64,000 bases of DNA from Octopus bimaculoides. Lineage: Eukaryota. Below the pieces are notes generated by a model, which worked only from the letters and a program-made list of their open reading frames with translations, had not been told where the DNA came from and did not search any database. Position numbers and translations under genes: made by a program. Below are positions 38,687 to 52,607 of this stretch, one piece after another. Position 1 is the stretch's first letter, and each line of letters opens with the position of its first letter. Location of the stretch: positions 31,845,661-31,909,660 of the forward strand of contig NC_068992.1 of NCBI RefSeq assembly GCF_001194135.2, read 5' to 3'.

Positions 38687-41600
38687 NNNNNNNNNNNNNN
38701 NNNNNNNNNNNNNNNNNNNNNNNNNNNNNNNNNNNNNNNNNNNNNNNNNNNNNNNNNNNNNNNNNNNNNNNNNNNNNNNNNNNNNNNNNNNNNNNNNNNN
38801 NNNNNNNNNNNNNNNNNNNNNNNNNNNNNNNNNNNNNNNNNNNNNNNNNNNNNNNNNNNNNNNNNNNNNNNNNNNNNNNNNNNNNNNNATATATATTATA
38901 TATATATATATATATATAGTAATGCTTCGAATATCGCGGGCGTTATGTTCCAAAACCCAAGACGATAGGAGAAAATTGCCGAAGCTAAAACAGTGCTGTA
39001 CTAGAATTTGTTAATTATTTTTATACTGGGTACATATTTATTTTATTATAAATGCAAAACAACACCGTGCTGAAATCGACATAGGCTTAAATAGTAAACC
39101 ACTAGACGTGAACCGTGATAGGGTGAGGGATTACTGTGTGTATGTATATATATACACATATATAACGAGAGAGAGAGGGAGGAGAGAGAAAGAAATTATG
39201 AGTTAGAGCTTACGCAACCGTCTAAGTGATACATATAGCCATAAACATTACTAGTGTATAAGCTTGTAAGGATAGCTGTAGTCGGTAATTTAATGGTAAA
39301 CAGTGGTTTAATATATTCAGATAAGATACGAGAGGAAATAAAACAATTACAAGTTCATCATTAGTATTCAATGATCATAGCTTAATTATGGTAAAGATAA
39401 CATTTAGATCTGTTTTAGTTTCTTATTTTTGAGGTAAAATTGCGCTTATCTCGTTCCATTGAACAAACAATCAGAATGATTTGAACTTTACCACAGGAAT
39501 ATTGAAAGGAAATCGAATGTTGACAGGAAGAAAAATGCAAACAAAAAGGAAAAGAAAAAAAAAACGGATAAAGTAAAAGGTTCGTTAGGTCGTTGGGTTT
39601 ACATCTTCGCGTTCTTAAATGATGTCTTGTGTGTATACAGTTGCTTGAAGTAGATGAATGGAGCAGTGAGTGGAATAAATGACCAGTTCACCGGTGGTGT
39701 TTGTCGAAAAAGTTATACCTGGTAGTAACATCCATCATCATTAATCGTAACAAACAACGCTATTGGGGTATGCTAGATAAGTCCCTACGATTACAGCACC
39801 TAGTTAAAAAATTGAGGACGCTTTTAAACGTTTAATTGTGATATATAATGTATAAATCTGAGATTACCTACCTTTGACCCTCACCCATAACACATACCAC
39901 GACATAATATCATAGACCACAATTATATTAAATTTACTTCGACTAACTGAATTATTTAATTATTTAATATGCGATTGAAGAAGGGATTTATCCTATTCTA
40001 GTCGAGTTCATTTCTTGAAATTATATTCACGAGTGGTAAACCCTGGCTACATATAACAATTATTTATTTTGTTATACTTATTTACGTACCCTGATGTATA
40101 CAGTATATCGCACTTAAACTTTTAACTAGGGCATTATTTGTAACCATAGTGACCTATCTGGCAGACTCCAATAACGTTACTTGTACCCATTAATGATGCT
40201 GGATATCATTTTCGACCAACATGCATAAGCCTTTCCACTAACACCACCGGTCAACTCGTCATTTTTCGCACTGCTCTAGTCATCTACTTGAAGCAACTGT
40301 ACACACACATGACATCTTTTAAGGACGCAATAATGTAAGCCTAACAACCTAATGAACCTTTTACTTCATTATATTTTCCTTATTAAAATAATTAATAAAT
40401 CATCATGTATTAATTAAGAAAATTGACGAACATCATTACAGCTGTTTCAATTCAAGATCTTCAGAAAATTAATTAATTAAAATTAAAAATTTATTTAAAA
40501 GTCGTATCTCGTCAGAAGTAGTTTGTGATACACAAGATATGTGTTCAATTCCTGCATGTTGAATAAACAGCTGCAAACAGCTAAGTGATAAAATTTATAC
40601 ATAAATAACATGGCATAAAACATGGTATAGGCCTTAGGAATGGGAGGAACGTATTGTACATTGGAGTTGTAAAGCAAGTATAGATCAATATATTCATCTA
40701 GAGTGCTTAGTATAGGAAAAATCACGTAGATATATTGGTATAAATTGCTTATATTGTGATATTATTCCCATTCATATTAAATCAACAGAAAATTTGTATG
40801 TAGAGTTTACTTCAAGTGTCTATAGTTATTATTAATATATAATAAAGGTGGAAGACAGTCCATAGAATCTATTACTTATTATAAATATCGAAATGGTTCT
40901 AAGACCTAATGAGGTTTGTTAACTTAATGCTAGGGTACATAAAATTTTGAAATAAAATCAAGAATAAAGCAAAATAAAACAGCGTTAAAAAAAGTAAAAT
41001 AAAAATAGACTAAATGAAAAAAGACTTACAAAATTTTCACCTTTCACCACTTAAATTTTTTTATTGAGCTAGACTAATAAACATAAGTAACTATTGGACA
41101 AAAAATTAAAAATTCAGATATGCAGCGTTCCCTTGGTGAGATAACTGATGTAAATTTGTTAAGAGGCTCAAGTAAAGAGGAATTGTGTTTAATATAAATA
41201 AATAAGAATGAAAGGGAGTAAATATATGCTAATAAAAGTAAAAATAAGGGCTTAAATATGAGTCAATTCGAAAAGTTAAATTAAAGCGTATTGATAAAAT
41301 TATTTAAATAGTTAAATATAATGCCCTCAAAACCGGATGTAAGTATTAATATAGAGGCGAGGAGCTAAGGAACAGCTGGGATTAATCTAAATTAGGGACA
41401 TGTCAAAGCGAAATCAGGAAGAATTATATATGTATTTTTTACAGTGAGTTAGAATATAGCTTCAGGTTCATGTAGTACAATTAATTTAGAGATGAAGAGC
41501 TAATACAAAACTAGAAACAATCAAAATTAGGGACATACAAAAATGAGACCCGTAAATGTAAACATGCATATTTTAAAGTGCATTAGAAAATAGCTAAAAT

Positions 41601-42313
41601 GCGAGGCTCTTATAGTATAATTCATTATTAAAGCTAATAAACGTTATTATTTTCGTAACAAAAACCTTAAAAAAATGTATTGTAAATGCGATAGCAATAC
41701 GTAGAAAGAGAGAGAGGCGGGGATACAGAAGAATAATAAAAGGAAGTATTATGCTTGGGATATAGAAAATGAATCCAAAAAACAGTCAAGTTACTAGAAA
41801 GAAAGCAAACATATACTAAAAAAGGGGGCTAGATAAATAACTTGCAGATTATAATCATAGGAGACGCGCAAGATATGAAGTAGAAATTATGTTAAAAAAT
41901 AGGTTAAGTAGGTTTAAAACTAAAAATATTAAAGCAATCAGGTAAGAGATAGGAAGAAAATGTTGAAGTGAATCTAACGGATTTTGTATGTTTTTAAATG
42001 GCTTATAAACACCTTCCACGCTGCAATTGTTTTTGTTTCAGCAAACGATCCCAGATCAGGTCACTTGCTATGGAAGTACATCTCCGTAATATAAAATATA
42101 ACTTATCTAATTAAAGGCTGGAAGACAGAGGAAATAATAGTGTGCGTGTTAGGAGATAGATAAAAGTAAACTGTAGTTATAGTATGTATATATAGTTGGT
42201 GATAGGACCAAATGTGGAAAATCTATAGATTAAACAGTAAAGGGTTGCTATTACATAGGCTATTAGAGATTAAAACAGATTGGTAATAAATAAGAAAGGC
42301 TTTTTTCAGTCAC

Positions 42314-42756
42314 CGTGTACCAAATCAACTCATATATCATCGGTCGGCCCGAAGCTATAGTAGAGGGCACCTGCCCAAGGTGCCACGCATTGCGATTGAA
42401 CCCGGAAGCGAGTTCCTTATCACACAGCCACACAGGCGCCTACTGTTTTTTAAACTGTTATCTCTTACTTGTTTCATTCATTAGACTTCAGCCATGCTGG
42501 TGCTCTTCCTTGTGGAACTTTCGATCGATTGTATCAACCCCAGTAATTTTTGTGATTTGAGTGTCGTTCTGCTTTGCGTGTCTTTTGCCGAACCACTAAG
42601 TTACAGGGAAATAAAGACAAATGCAAAGACTCTCTCTCTCACACACACACATACACACACACACACCAACACACACACAAACCTAATATATACAAAAGGC
42701 GAAATCCGTTTCCATTTCATATTTTGCTGTAGAAGTTGGACTGAACGTTACCATAA
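42314..42756 (-). mobile_element. Two adjacent SINE family 1 pieces (head+CORE 42314-42440; decayed copy 42459-42756)
   Basis: GCTATAGTAGAGGGCACCTGCCCAAGGTGCCACGC...CACACAGCCACACAGGCGCC, and TTACTTGTTTCATTCATTAGACT...TTTTGCCGAACCACTAAGTTAC followed by a CA tract. Confidence 0.75.
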
Positions 42757-44218
42757 CCCTCGAAAGTACCCCAGACTCAATCCTCAAAATCGGGATTCCA
42801 CCATTTAGTGTCTCACTCTCATTTCAGATCTACTTCTACAGTATAGTCGTAAGATATATTTCTGGTAACTCAAACAGAGAAGTTCATTTCAAATTGTGAT
42901 CGCCCTATTTGCGGCTATTTTTCCTGTATTTTCATCAGGGTATATCCAATACGTTAGAAGGTTTAACTTACTGAATGACTCTGGAAAGTTAACTTTTGTC
43001 TTCGTGCAGAAGACAATACCATTTTCAAATAAAGAAAAAACATAATTGCACGTTTCTGTTTCTCTTTTTGTTTTGTATTCCGGAAACTTTGCTTTCAGGA
43101 TATGCTTCTTTGGGCATCGTTTTTCGGAAGCTGTCATCTAGCAAATACAGTAGAAGGAAATGACCCAATGCCTTATATGAGTACGGGAATTTCTTTAAGA
43201 AACACGAACAAAGCAAAAGAAACATTTGATTTGTTCTTCTTGTAATCAAATATTTGTGGGATATTTCATGCTGCACGCATAATGTGTATAATAATCGTTA
43301 ACGTTTTGTATGTGATCAATTGATTAAAAATTAAAATTGCATTAACCAATGATTTTTATCCCTTAAAAAAACGGCATTAGAAATGATGGGAGAATGTAAT
43401 GAAGAATTACTTTTTCATTTGCATTAGATATACATGAAAGACATTTCTCGCTTAGTGGAGAAAACTCTGCAACAGAGTTTCAAGGTTTGGATTATATGGG
43501 CATAATTGTTCAGAATACTACACAGAATCTCGATAGAATGAGGACAAACTTCAGTATATATAAAACGGAATTGAAATATTGCGTAGCAAATCCAGAAAAT
43601 GATGCAACTAACCATCTCAGAGTGATATTCCACACAGTAATACCAAATAATTCAAACATTATCTAGCAAGATGCACAAGTATATTTAGAACTCCTTTATT
43701 TGAAGCTATTTAAGAATAAATAAGTGAAATTTCAGACACGATATTAACATAACGCAAAACATTTGTTGAAAACACATTCATTATGTTTTATTAAAGTTTT
43801 CTATGGATATTTTGAATAGGAAAACTATTTAATGATATGTAAATTGCTTTGTTCTTTTGTGAAAGAATGATAGCCTATATTCGAAAAACCTACGAAAAAC
43901 ATATGTAACGTATTCATATGGTGAAGCACCTGCCTTCGAGAGGTAAGTTTTATATTTCAAAGAATACTATTTTGTGAATTCCATTCTAATGTGAGCGCAC
44001 GCGAGCACGTGTGTGTGTGTGTGTGTGCACGCGCACGTGTGTTTGTGAGTATATACGCGCATGCTTTCATGTGCTTAAAGATACATAATAAACACGCGCA
44101 CGCACACATAAATACACTTAAACTTAGTAACGCACAGAAATAAGAGTGTATGAATATACATATATGAAGATAAGGAAACGATCATATACATACATGCATA
44201 CCTAATGATGTATGTATG

Positions 44219-44260
<42 letters not shown>

Positions 44261-44876
44261 TCATCCTATTTTGTATTAAACACAAAACTCTAATATAGAT
44301 ATTGGTCATCTTATTATTACGAGCAGAGAAATAGCCACAGGAAAATACTATTATAAGCAATGCACTTACAAACAAACAATTTAGAAACAAGACACTCTTC
44401 AATAGGAAATATACCAAACGCCGCAAAAAATAAAGAATAAATTTACAAAATATTTTAGATAACAACATCCTTCCAATATGAATATTAGATATGAGAATAT
44501 ATGAAATGATACATTTTTATAAGTATGCATACATGTACACATAGATATATGTTTGTACGATTGATAGAGTATATATAAGTACTTTGAATCAAAATATATT
44601 TGCATTTTTTTAATGATTTATCATTGCTTTGGAAGTTCTCCTTAAGAAAATACTCAATAATTACTATATACCTATAGATGTTTACACATATACACATGCA
44701 CATATACACCTGCAGACACACACACTCATACATGCATACATGCATACATACATACATACATATATACGTAGGTACGTACATACAAAAATGCATATATATT
44801 CATATAAACAGTTCACACATCCATATATATTTATGCTACGCACAGTGGACTCGCGAACAATATGCACACACACACA

Positions 44877-44918
<42 letters not shown>

Positions 44919-46972
44919 TGTGTGTGTGTATTCTCTTGGATTGTAATATTCCTGGTAGCATTGTGCATGTTCATTTAAATATTTACATTTGTTGATATTC
45001 ATTTTCCCATCGATAACAAGCATTTCATGAAGAATTATAGTTGACATCAAAATGTTCATTGAAATCACCAGTTATCAGCCACACTGCTTGCTGAATAAAG
45101 CATGCTATTCCTTATTCCTTTAATCGGCGAAATTGGCATTTCCAATGACGTACTACATTGTATGTATTATGGTTTTCACAAAATAAATTTTCTTATTTCT
45201 CGGTTATATCTAATATTTTTTCATGTGTGTAACTATATACATACGTATTTGTGCTGGTGTTCGTCCCTCATTCATATGACGGGGTGCTGAACAGTTCCTC
45301 GCTTTAAGGTTGAGGCCAAAACTTCCAATGTCTTTTCGAGGGCTCAGAAAATCTGAAAGAGCGCTGCAATAAATGAGTGAATCTGAGAGGGGAATCTGAA
45401 TGGGGAATAATGAACTGATCCGTGTGTATTTTCTTTTACCTAAACGCAGCTTTCCGTACCGACTCCAATATATATTCATTAATTTTTATACGATGTAAAT
45501 ATAAGTGTTTGTGTTGAAAAAAGAAAATGGGAAGTATTGATATTCACCCAATATAAGCTAATAAGTAACGGCACCGGACAAGCAGAGCAATAACAGACAG
45601 CAGAGAATGGAAGCTTAGTCCCAGAATTTCGTAAACAGCATAAACCGTGAATGAGGTGACAATATCTCTATGACGATCATGCCACAATCGTAGATTCCCG
45701 TACACAAAGAAAAATAAGTGAAGAATACGAACGCGTAAATTATATTATCAGCTGTCTTCGGCGAATAGTTCGATTTGCAATTAAATAAAAGAACAAGTGA
45801 AAGAACAAATGCGAAGCAGTACGATATACTTCCGTAATCCTAACATTTTGCCATTGTGAATATAGCCGATTTCGATTGGAAGGCTGCCCTCCCGACAAAT
45901 AGTGACATACTCAGAAAATATATTGCCTACTCAAGTGCAAATTGCATAATATGATAACTATGACCTCCAGATTGATGTGTTGCAACTGCTTCGCAATTCG
46001 TCTTAATTATATGTAGCCAAATATAGTTAGCTTATGCTTGTTATTATTACCTTCCCATTCATACTCAAATAAACAATTTTCTCTTGTGAAACAGTTCTAT
46101 GCAATACGAAGCAGCCTGCGTCTTACAAACTGGTACAAACATCATGTTGAACTGGTTCCTTGTAATAGGCCTTACTCTAAGAAATACAGCAGCTTTGAAC
46201 CTAGGAATAAAGCGTTGTGATTCTTGTTTTATTTCATGTTGAAATACCCTTAATGTATTGCGTAATTAATTTTCATTTTGGAAATGAGATATCAGTTTTA
46301 ATCATTGTCTAAATATTTGATAGATCTAGTTTCAAACTACTGTACTAGTTATCGTTGTTATATGAATATAATACAAGTAAGTATTAAAGAAGTTCTCCAG
46401 TTACTCACGAATACATTGCATACAGTACCAATAGAAAATTAAATGTAATTTGTAACTACAACCGTTACAATAACGAGAAATAGTATGGAGATATATTTAA
46501 TGAAGACAAATGGACTACGCATTGCTATCGGAGTGATTGATTGCCTCACTTTTTGTGCAAAAGATAACTATGTATTATATAAACCTCAAATATTTTCTGT
46601 TCAAGAAATAGTTAAAATATTTTGTCGCGTATGAATCAGAAAACGGTACATATATTCTGTGAGAAAAATATGTTTCTGCCCTCTTTCAAAAACAAAACTT
46701 TTCTATGATCTTGAAAAATCATAAATTATTTGGCACATAACGAAATTGGTTCGCGTAAAATCTAAATATATATAGCAACCGCTTACATAGTTTCTTTGAA
46801 ATTTGGATATATGAATAAATGCTGGGAGTGCACTTCCAGAATTCAACGAAATACATTATATCAAATGAGATTATATATCGATTGATAACATTATCAAATT
46901 TCCCAACATAAATTGAATAAAATCTAACTATAAACATCATCGATGCTATTGTTTTCATGTTATCAAATGCTC

Positions 46973-47003
<31 letters not shown>

Positions 47004-47820
47004 CGTGTTTGCCTGTGTATGTATGTATATATATATATATATATGTATGTATGTGTGTATGTATGTATGTATGTATGTATGTATGTNNNNNNNNNNNNNN
47101 NNNNNNNNNNNNNNNNNNTATATATGTATGTATGTATATATATATATATATATGTATGTATGTGTGTATGTATGTATGTATGTATGTATGTATGTATATA
47201 TATAGCGAACGAGTGAAGGAGAGTGAGATGCAGTTCCTTATTTCTGATATGTATGCTGCAGGCGTTCTTTACTAGATCGGATTTGATTTAGTATGAATTT
47301 TGCTAATGTCAAATAGAATACAAACGTTATGTGATTTGTTATATTATGCTTGGTAATGATCGGAGTTTGGTTTTTGAATTATATGAATAAATATAGCTTA
47401 TGTGTGTGTGCGTGATTTTGTCTGTGTGTCTGCATCAGTATACATACTAACAAACAAACGTGGGATCTTTACAGACAGCAAGATTTAAGTGGAAATAACA
47501 TTTGTTAATAGACATTGATAACGCCGGAGGACGTGGTATTTGTTCTCTGGTGTTGGAGATATGTTTCTTAGTAATCTTCTGTTGCTTCTCAGAAATAAAA
47601 TCCATTTTCCTTTATCATATGAAAAATTTTCAGAAACTTAAATGTCAAGTTTTCAATATTTCCCGTGTTGTCACCATATCTAAGGATACGTTTAGCTTCA
47701 TCATATGCAGACCCATGTACGGAGTTTGACACAACTATGAGAACATACGTTTTGAATATCATTTAAAGTAAATTCAACTACAAATGTTAAAACATTTCCA
47801 GGTAAACTCACATCTGACTG

Positions 47821-49006
47821 TTAGAGGAGACTTCAAAATTAAGCAGTAAAGAAGTCTCTTAGAAATGGACAAAATTTGGCATCATTGTGTTATCGAGTAC
47901 CTGCAGGGAAAAGGGCTTAACCACCAAGGATATTCATTTTGATATGGTCCTCACATAAAGGGATGACGCATCAACCTTAATAACAGCACAAAAGTAGGCA
48001 CGAGAATTTAGGAGTAAAAGTGAAATTTTTGAAGGTGACAATGTCTGGACGACCCAACGAGAAACATTTTGATGGTTTTCACCACATGATCTTCGATGAC
48101 AGGTGATGGACTATAAGCATATCCCGTGTGCTATTAGCATATCCCGTGTGCTATTAGCATATCCCGTGTGCAAAGTGAGAATATTCTACACACTGGATTT
48201 GGTAAAATGAATGTTTCTGTTCGTGACGGCTACACCTCATCTTTTGACATTGATTTCATGTAGGGAATATCAGTCGTTATGTAAGGAAGCTCCAGCCCGG
48301 TTCCTTGAACATTCCCTCAGCCAGAATGTGTGGGCTTCATCACTTTGAATCGTAGATACACGATAAACTATGTAGTGGAAATACTCTTCCTCACCTGCTG
48401 CAAAAGAAGCCGAAGTTGATTCATCTGCACGTAAGTTGATGGCTTCAGATTTCGTTGGATGCAAAATGCATTTTGATTATTTACAATTCTCTAAAGGACA
48501 AAACCATCAATAAGTAATGATATACGAATATGCTGAGGGGCGAAGGAAAGGAAATGAAAATCAAACGTCCAAGGAAACTAACTAATAAGACCTTGTTTCA
48601 TCGGAGCAAAGCACCAGCTCACGAGATCTAGATTCCACAACCTTTTGTGTGTAACTGCATCTTTGAACCGCCTGACTGCCATAACTATTCACTTGATGTG
48701 GTTCCATCTTATTATCACCTGGTACCCAAAATGAGCAGATACATGGCTGAAAAGTAGTATCGAAGTGATGATGATATCATAACTACTGGTGGTGACTTTT
48801 TCGACCAACAAGATGAAAGCTTCTTCGCCATTGAGATTCAGGTACTGCCACACTGTTGGAAGAAGTGTTTGAATCGCAAGGAGGAATATGTTAAAAAAAG
48901 AGTACATTTGGTCACAACAAGAAAGCACATTTTATCACATAAATAAAGCAAATTTGGTAACAAATATTAAGATTATCAGCTTCTTAAGTTTCAGCCGCCT
49001 CTCGTA
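47821..49006 (+). mobile_element. mariner-family transposon, near full-length, decayed transposase
   Basis: ATG at 47865: MDKIWHHCVIEYLQGKG.. (HTH), SGRP, KKAEVDSSARKLMASDF, LFHRSKAPAH (HQDNAPAH site), YSLDVVPSYYHL (YSPDLAPSDY site), WKKCLNRKEEYVK (to ~48897). Right end GCCGCCTCTCG-TA at 48994-49006; left TIR only loosely similar. Many frameshifts. Confidence 0.92.
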
Positions 49007-50469
49007 CATATTTGTACTCACATGAAGAAACAGCACGGCCCAGCACACAAACAAACGCAAAAGTATACGCACAATTCCGTGTATTAAGTGTCTGCGCGCG
49101 CGTGTGTGTTTAGCATCTTAGATGTTTTATCATCGAGATATGTTTACAAGTTCTGTTTTCACATTCGTTTAAATGTCTAAATTTTCTTAACGGCTATATA
49201 ATTGCGTTGAATGTATAGAGACAATTAACAATGCCTATTGTATTTACAGTTGTAGCTTATTTAATATATAAATGCTACTCTCAATTCGTTTCGTTTATGT
49301 TTGGTAATTTAATGTTCTACATTCCAGTTAACTTCCTCCTTCCACTATTAGAGTTATCACCTTGTTCTAGTCTCTCATATATATCTATGTGTCAAAGTTT
49401 TATTGTAAAAGTGTATTTAGTAAATTATTTCATCTGTTGTCGTTTATCGCGTACATATTTTAAAAACGTGTTTACATATTCTTTACTTGACTTTGATAAA
49501 ACCATGTATGTTCACCTGAGAACATTAATGATCTTTTGCTTTTTCTACTCACATCTGAGAGAAATATTCTTACGTACTTTATATATATATGAGATTTTGG
49601 TATCCGGAAAATCCAAAACGGCAGGAAAGTCTACGTAAGTGTTACAGACGGTCTTTAGTTAGACTCCCAGTTCAATAATAGTATGAGTAAGGAGTCTAAT
49701 GCGGGTCGTGTATAAGCATGTATATATTGAAATAAAATGAGACAACAAAGCCACGGCAGTGTGATGTTTCTAGGACTTTTACGAAAAGAACGGTAGTATT
49801 ACCGCCGTTTCAGAGATATGAGGTATATCCCTTCATCAAAGACGATATCAGAGAGTTAAATTGGAGGAAATAGTAGAGTTCAATATACGAAGTTATTTGG
49901 GAAAGGGAGAGATATAGGAAGTATAAATGGGAATAGAACTAAGATAAATTTTTTAAAAAGCATATGTTGGCCGTTACGGATAGAGTTCCATTAACCAAGA
50001 AACGCGGTGTGAAGAATGTGTAGAAAGGCTTGTTATCTATGGTATGTAAATTCTAATAGAAATTCATATTTTGTGATAACAGATGGATAGTGTGGACACA
50101 TTAATTCCATCTGCTATCCATTCACAGTAGATAGAAAAAAACGGTAAATGTCTCATGTATTTGAAACCTTTTGTAAAGTGAAAAGAAAAAAAAATAATTT
50201 CATTTGATTTTTCCAGAAATTAATTGCTTCTCATGCTTTACTCTAATTTGAAAAAAATCGCAAAGACTAAAACATTCTCCTAGATAAAATTATTCTAGAA
50301 TGNNNNNNNNNNNNNNNNNNNNNNNNNNNNNNNNNNNNNNNNNNNNNNNNNNNNNNNNNNNNNNNNNNNNNNNNNNNNNNNNNNNNNNNNNNNNNNNNNN
50401 NNNNNNNNNNNNNNNNNNNNNNNNNNNNNNNNATATATATACATATATATTAAATGTATGTGTGCTTGT

Positions 50470-50604
50470 GTGTTTCCCATCATTGACTGACAACCGGTGT
50501 TCGTGTATTTGCGTCCCCGTTACCTTGCGGTACGGTAAATGAAAACGGCAGAATATGTACTAGGCTTGAAACAAAAGTACTGTGGTCGATTTGTTCGACT
50601 AAGG
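50470..50604 (+). mobile_element. SINE family 1, 3' half
   Basis: GACAACCGGTGTTCGTGTATTTGCGTCCCCGTTACC...TACTAGGCTTG...GGTCGATTTGTTCGACTAA after a TA/TG tract and gap. Confidence 0.75.
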
Positions 50605-52427
50605 TGTTAAAAATTCACGTACTATGAAATTACAACGTTGAGTTCCGATGATCTTATAAGTAATTTCTCTCAGTCTTTGCCTTTCATAAAATTTATCTGC
50701 GTATTATAAAGTTTGTTCAAAATGAAAACTTTCATTTATATACAGAATCTTCTGATTACTTTATATATGCTTACTTACTAAGCACCTTTGTAAAGGAAGT
50801 CCTATATGTTCTGAAAAAGAGGTTTTCTGATGAGTATATCTTAGTCACATATCTGGTCACAGATTACCTAGTGGTAAACATTAACAACATGAATTCGAAT
50901 CTCAATGTTCCATATTAATTTATAAAACCAGGTGATATTTATTATTAGATTTCTCTGAGAATTACGTAGTATTTCATATACATTTGTAGAATTGCAAGTT
51001 CCTCGCTTATTACCAAACATCTTTATGAATTATACCAATAATATACAAAATGATATGAGCATAATTCTTGTAGTTGTTTCAATTTCGTTCAATGTGAGCA
51101 AATTGTGATTTTCTACATCCTAAAGTATAGCATCTAACATCTTGTGCAGATATCACACAACTAATCGATGTGTACATAATTCGTATTCAGCGACAGACAA
51201 TACGTATTTAATTGTTTGATCGATAGCATGTTAATAAATATCAGAACATATAATACGTTGAGTTGTCATCATTTGTTTTATTGTTATTGCTTTCGCCTTT
51301 ATACATTAACTACACTAAATATATCGACATATCATTTGCGTCATGTTTCCTTTCAATTAGCAACACATAATTGCAACAGTTATAAGGTAACATCCTATGT
51401 ATATATAACAATGAAATGTACACTGTAGTGTTGATAATTCAATGAATATACTTGCCATGAACTCATGCATTGTTTCTGTGTGTCTCTTTTCTCTATCTTC
51501 ATACAGCGATACACAGACAGACACACATACACACAGAGACACACACACGCCGCACACACACACGCGCGCGCGAGGGCACGCTCGCTCGCTCGCTTGTGAG
51601 TATGTATGTATAATGAGAGAAAAACACGAGCCTGAACTGAATTAGTCACTCATTATGTCATCTGTTACATATGTTCCAGCATACGATAACTCATGATGCC
51701 ACACTATAAATGCAACCAGTAGATTTACCACATAAGGGCAGCATGCATACTCAAATACTTCTTTCAGAGAGACAAATGAGACACGTGTTTGCTGAATGGC
51801 ATTACGCATACGGACAGAAACCTGATCGGTAATGATCTTACAACACATTATGCTAATGCTGTGTTCGTCATTCTTAGCGTCGCATGAATCGCCATTGTCA
51901 AAGACTACAAACACTGATATTCTGATAGCATACTTGTTACTGGTGAAAAGGAAATTTTGTTTTTTCCACCGAAGTTATATCATAAAATATATAAAAAATA
52001 TCTTAGACAGTGACTGTGCGACAAAGATATGTGATATATAGATCACTACGTATTGAGAGATAGGGTAAAACCGAGAGAAAAAATTTGTTCAGTTTTGGTA
52101 TACTATGTAGTCTATTCACACTACGTATTCCTCTCGATTGAACTTAGTTTGTCTATGAAAAACAGAAGACATTAACGAATATTAAGGTATAGAATAGAGA
52201 TGACTGAAAACCCGCAAATGGAAATTCAAATAATGAATATTTACAAAACGGCAGAGGTTTAATTACAAAATCCCACCTCTAAATCACGTCATGGTGAGTA
52301 CGACTGAGAAAATGCGTTTGCAATAAATTATAAAGGTTTATTTCCTCTATTGACTATAAGACAATATAAGGTTTGTAGACAAAATTTACAGAACCATTAT
52401 ACGATATTAATATATTCAGACGTTTTT

Positions 52428-52607
52428 GGGTATCGCCCGTGCCAGTTCCCACAGACTCAACCCCCCCCCGTCTCTTCTGGCGGCGTAACGGAAGCTAGTA
52501 GAAGTCATCTCCGGAAGATGCAGAATCCTTCGTGTACCCGTGCGCACGACTGCGTCGAGTCTCTCGAGTTCAGCTTTAGCAGGCATCACCTGCGTCAGCC
52601 TTGGTGA
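52428..52607 (-). mobile_element. R2/NeSL-type (RLE) non-LTR retrotransposon internal fragment
   Basis: GC-rich island with a stop-free minus frame, SPRLTQVMPAKAELERLDAVVRTGTRRILHLPEMTSTSFRYAARRDGGGLSLWELARAIP, matching L..LD..IR...R..L.LP..T...F.Y...RDGGLG of R2-superfamily proteins. Confidence 0.7.

Noticed and set aside
45560-45750. Hydrophobic minus frame vaguely like a GPCR TM segment
   Set aside because: No DRY-type motif, start codon or splice support.
48111-48171. CRISPR-like short repeats
   Set aside because: Contiguous tandem units with no spacers, inside a eukaryotic mariner; no cas genes.
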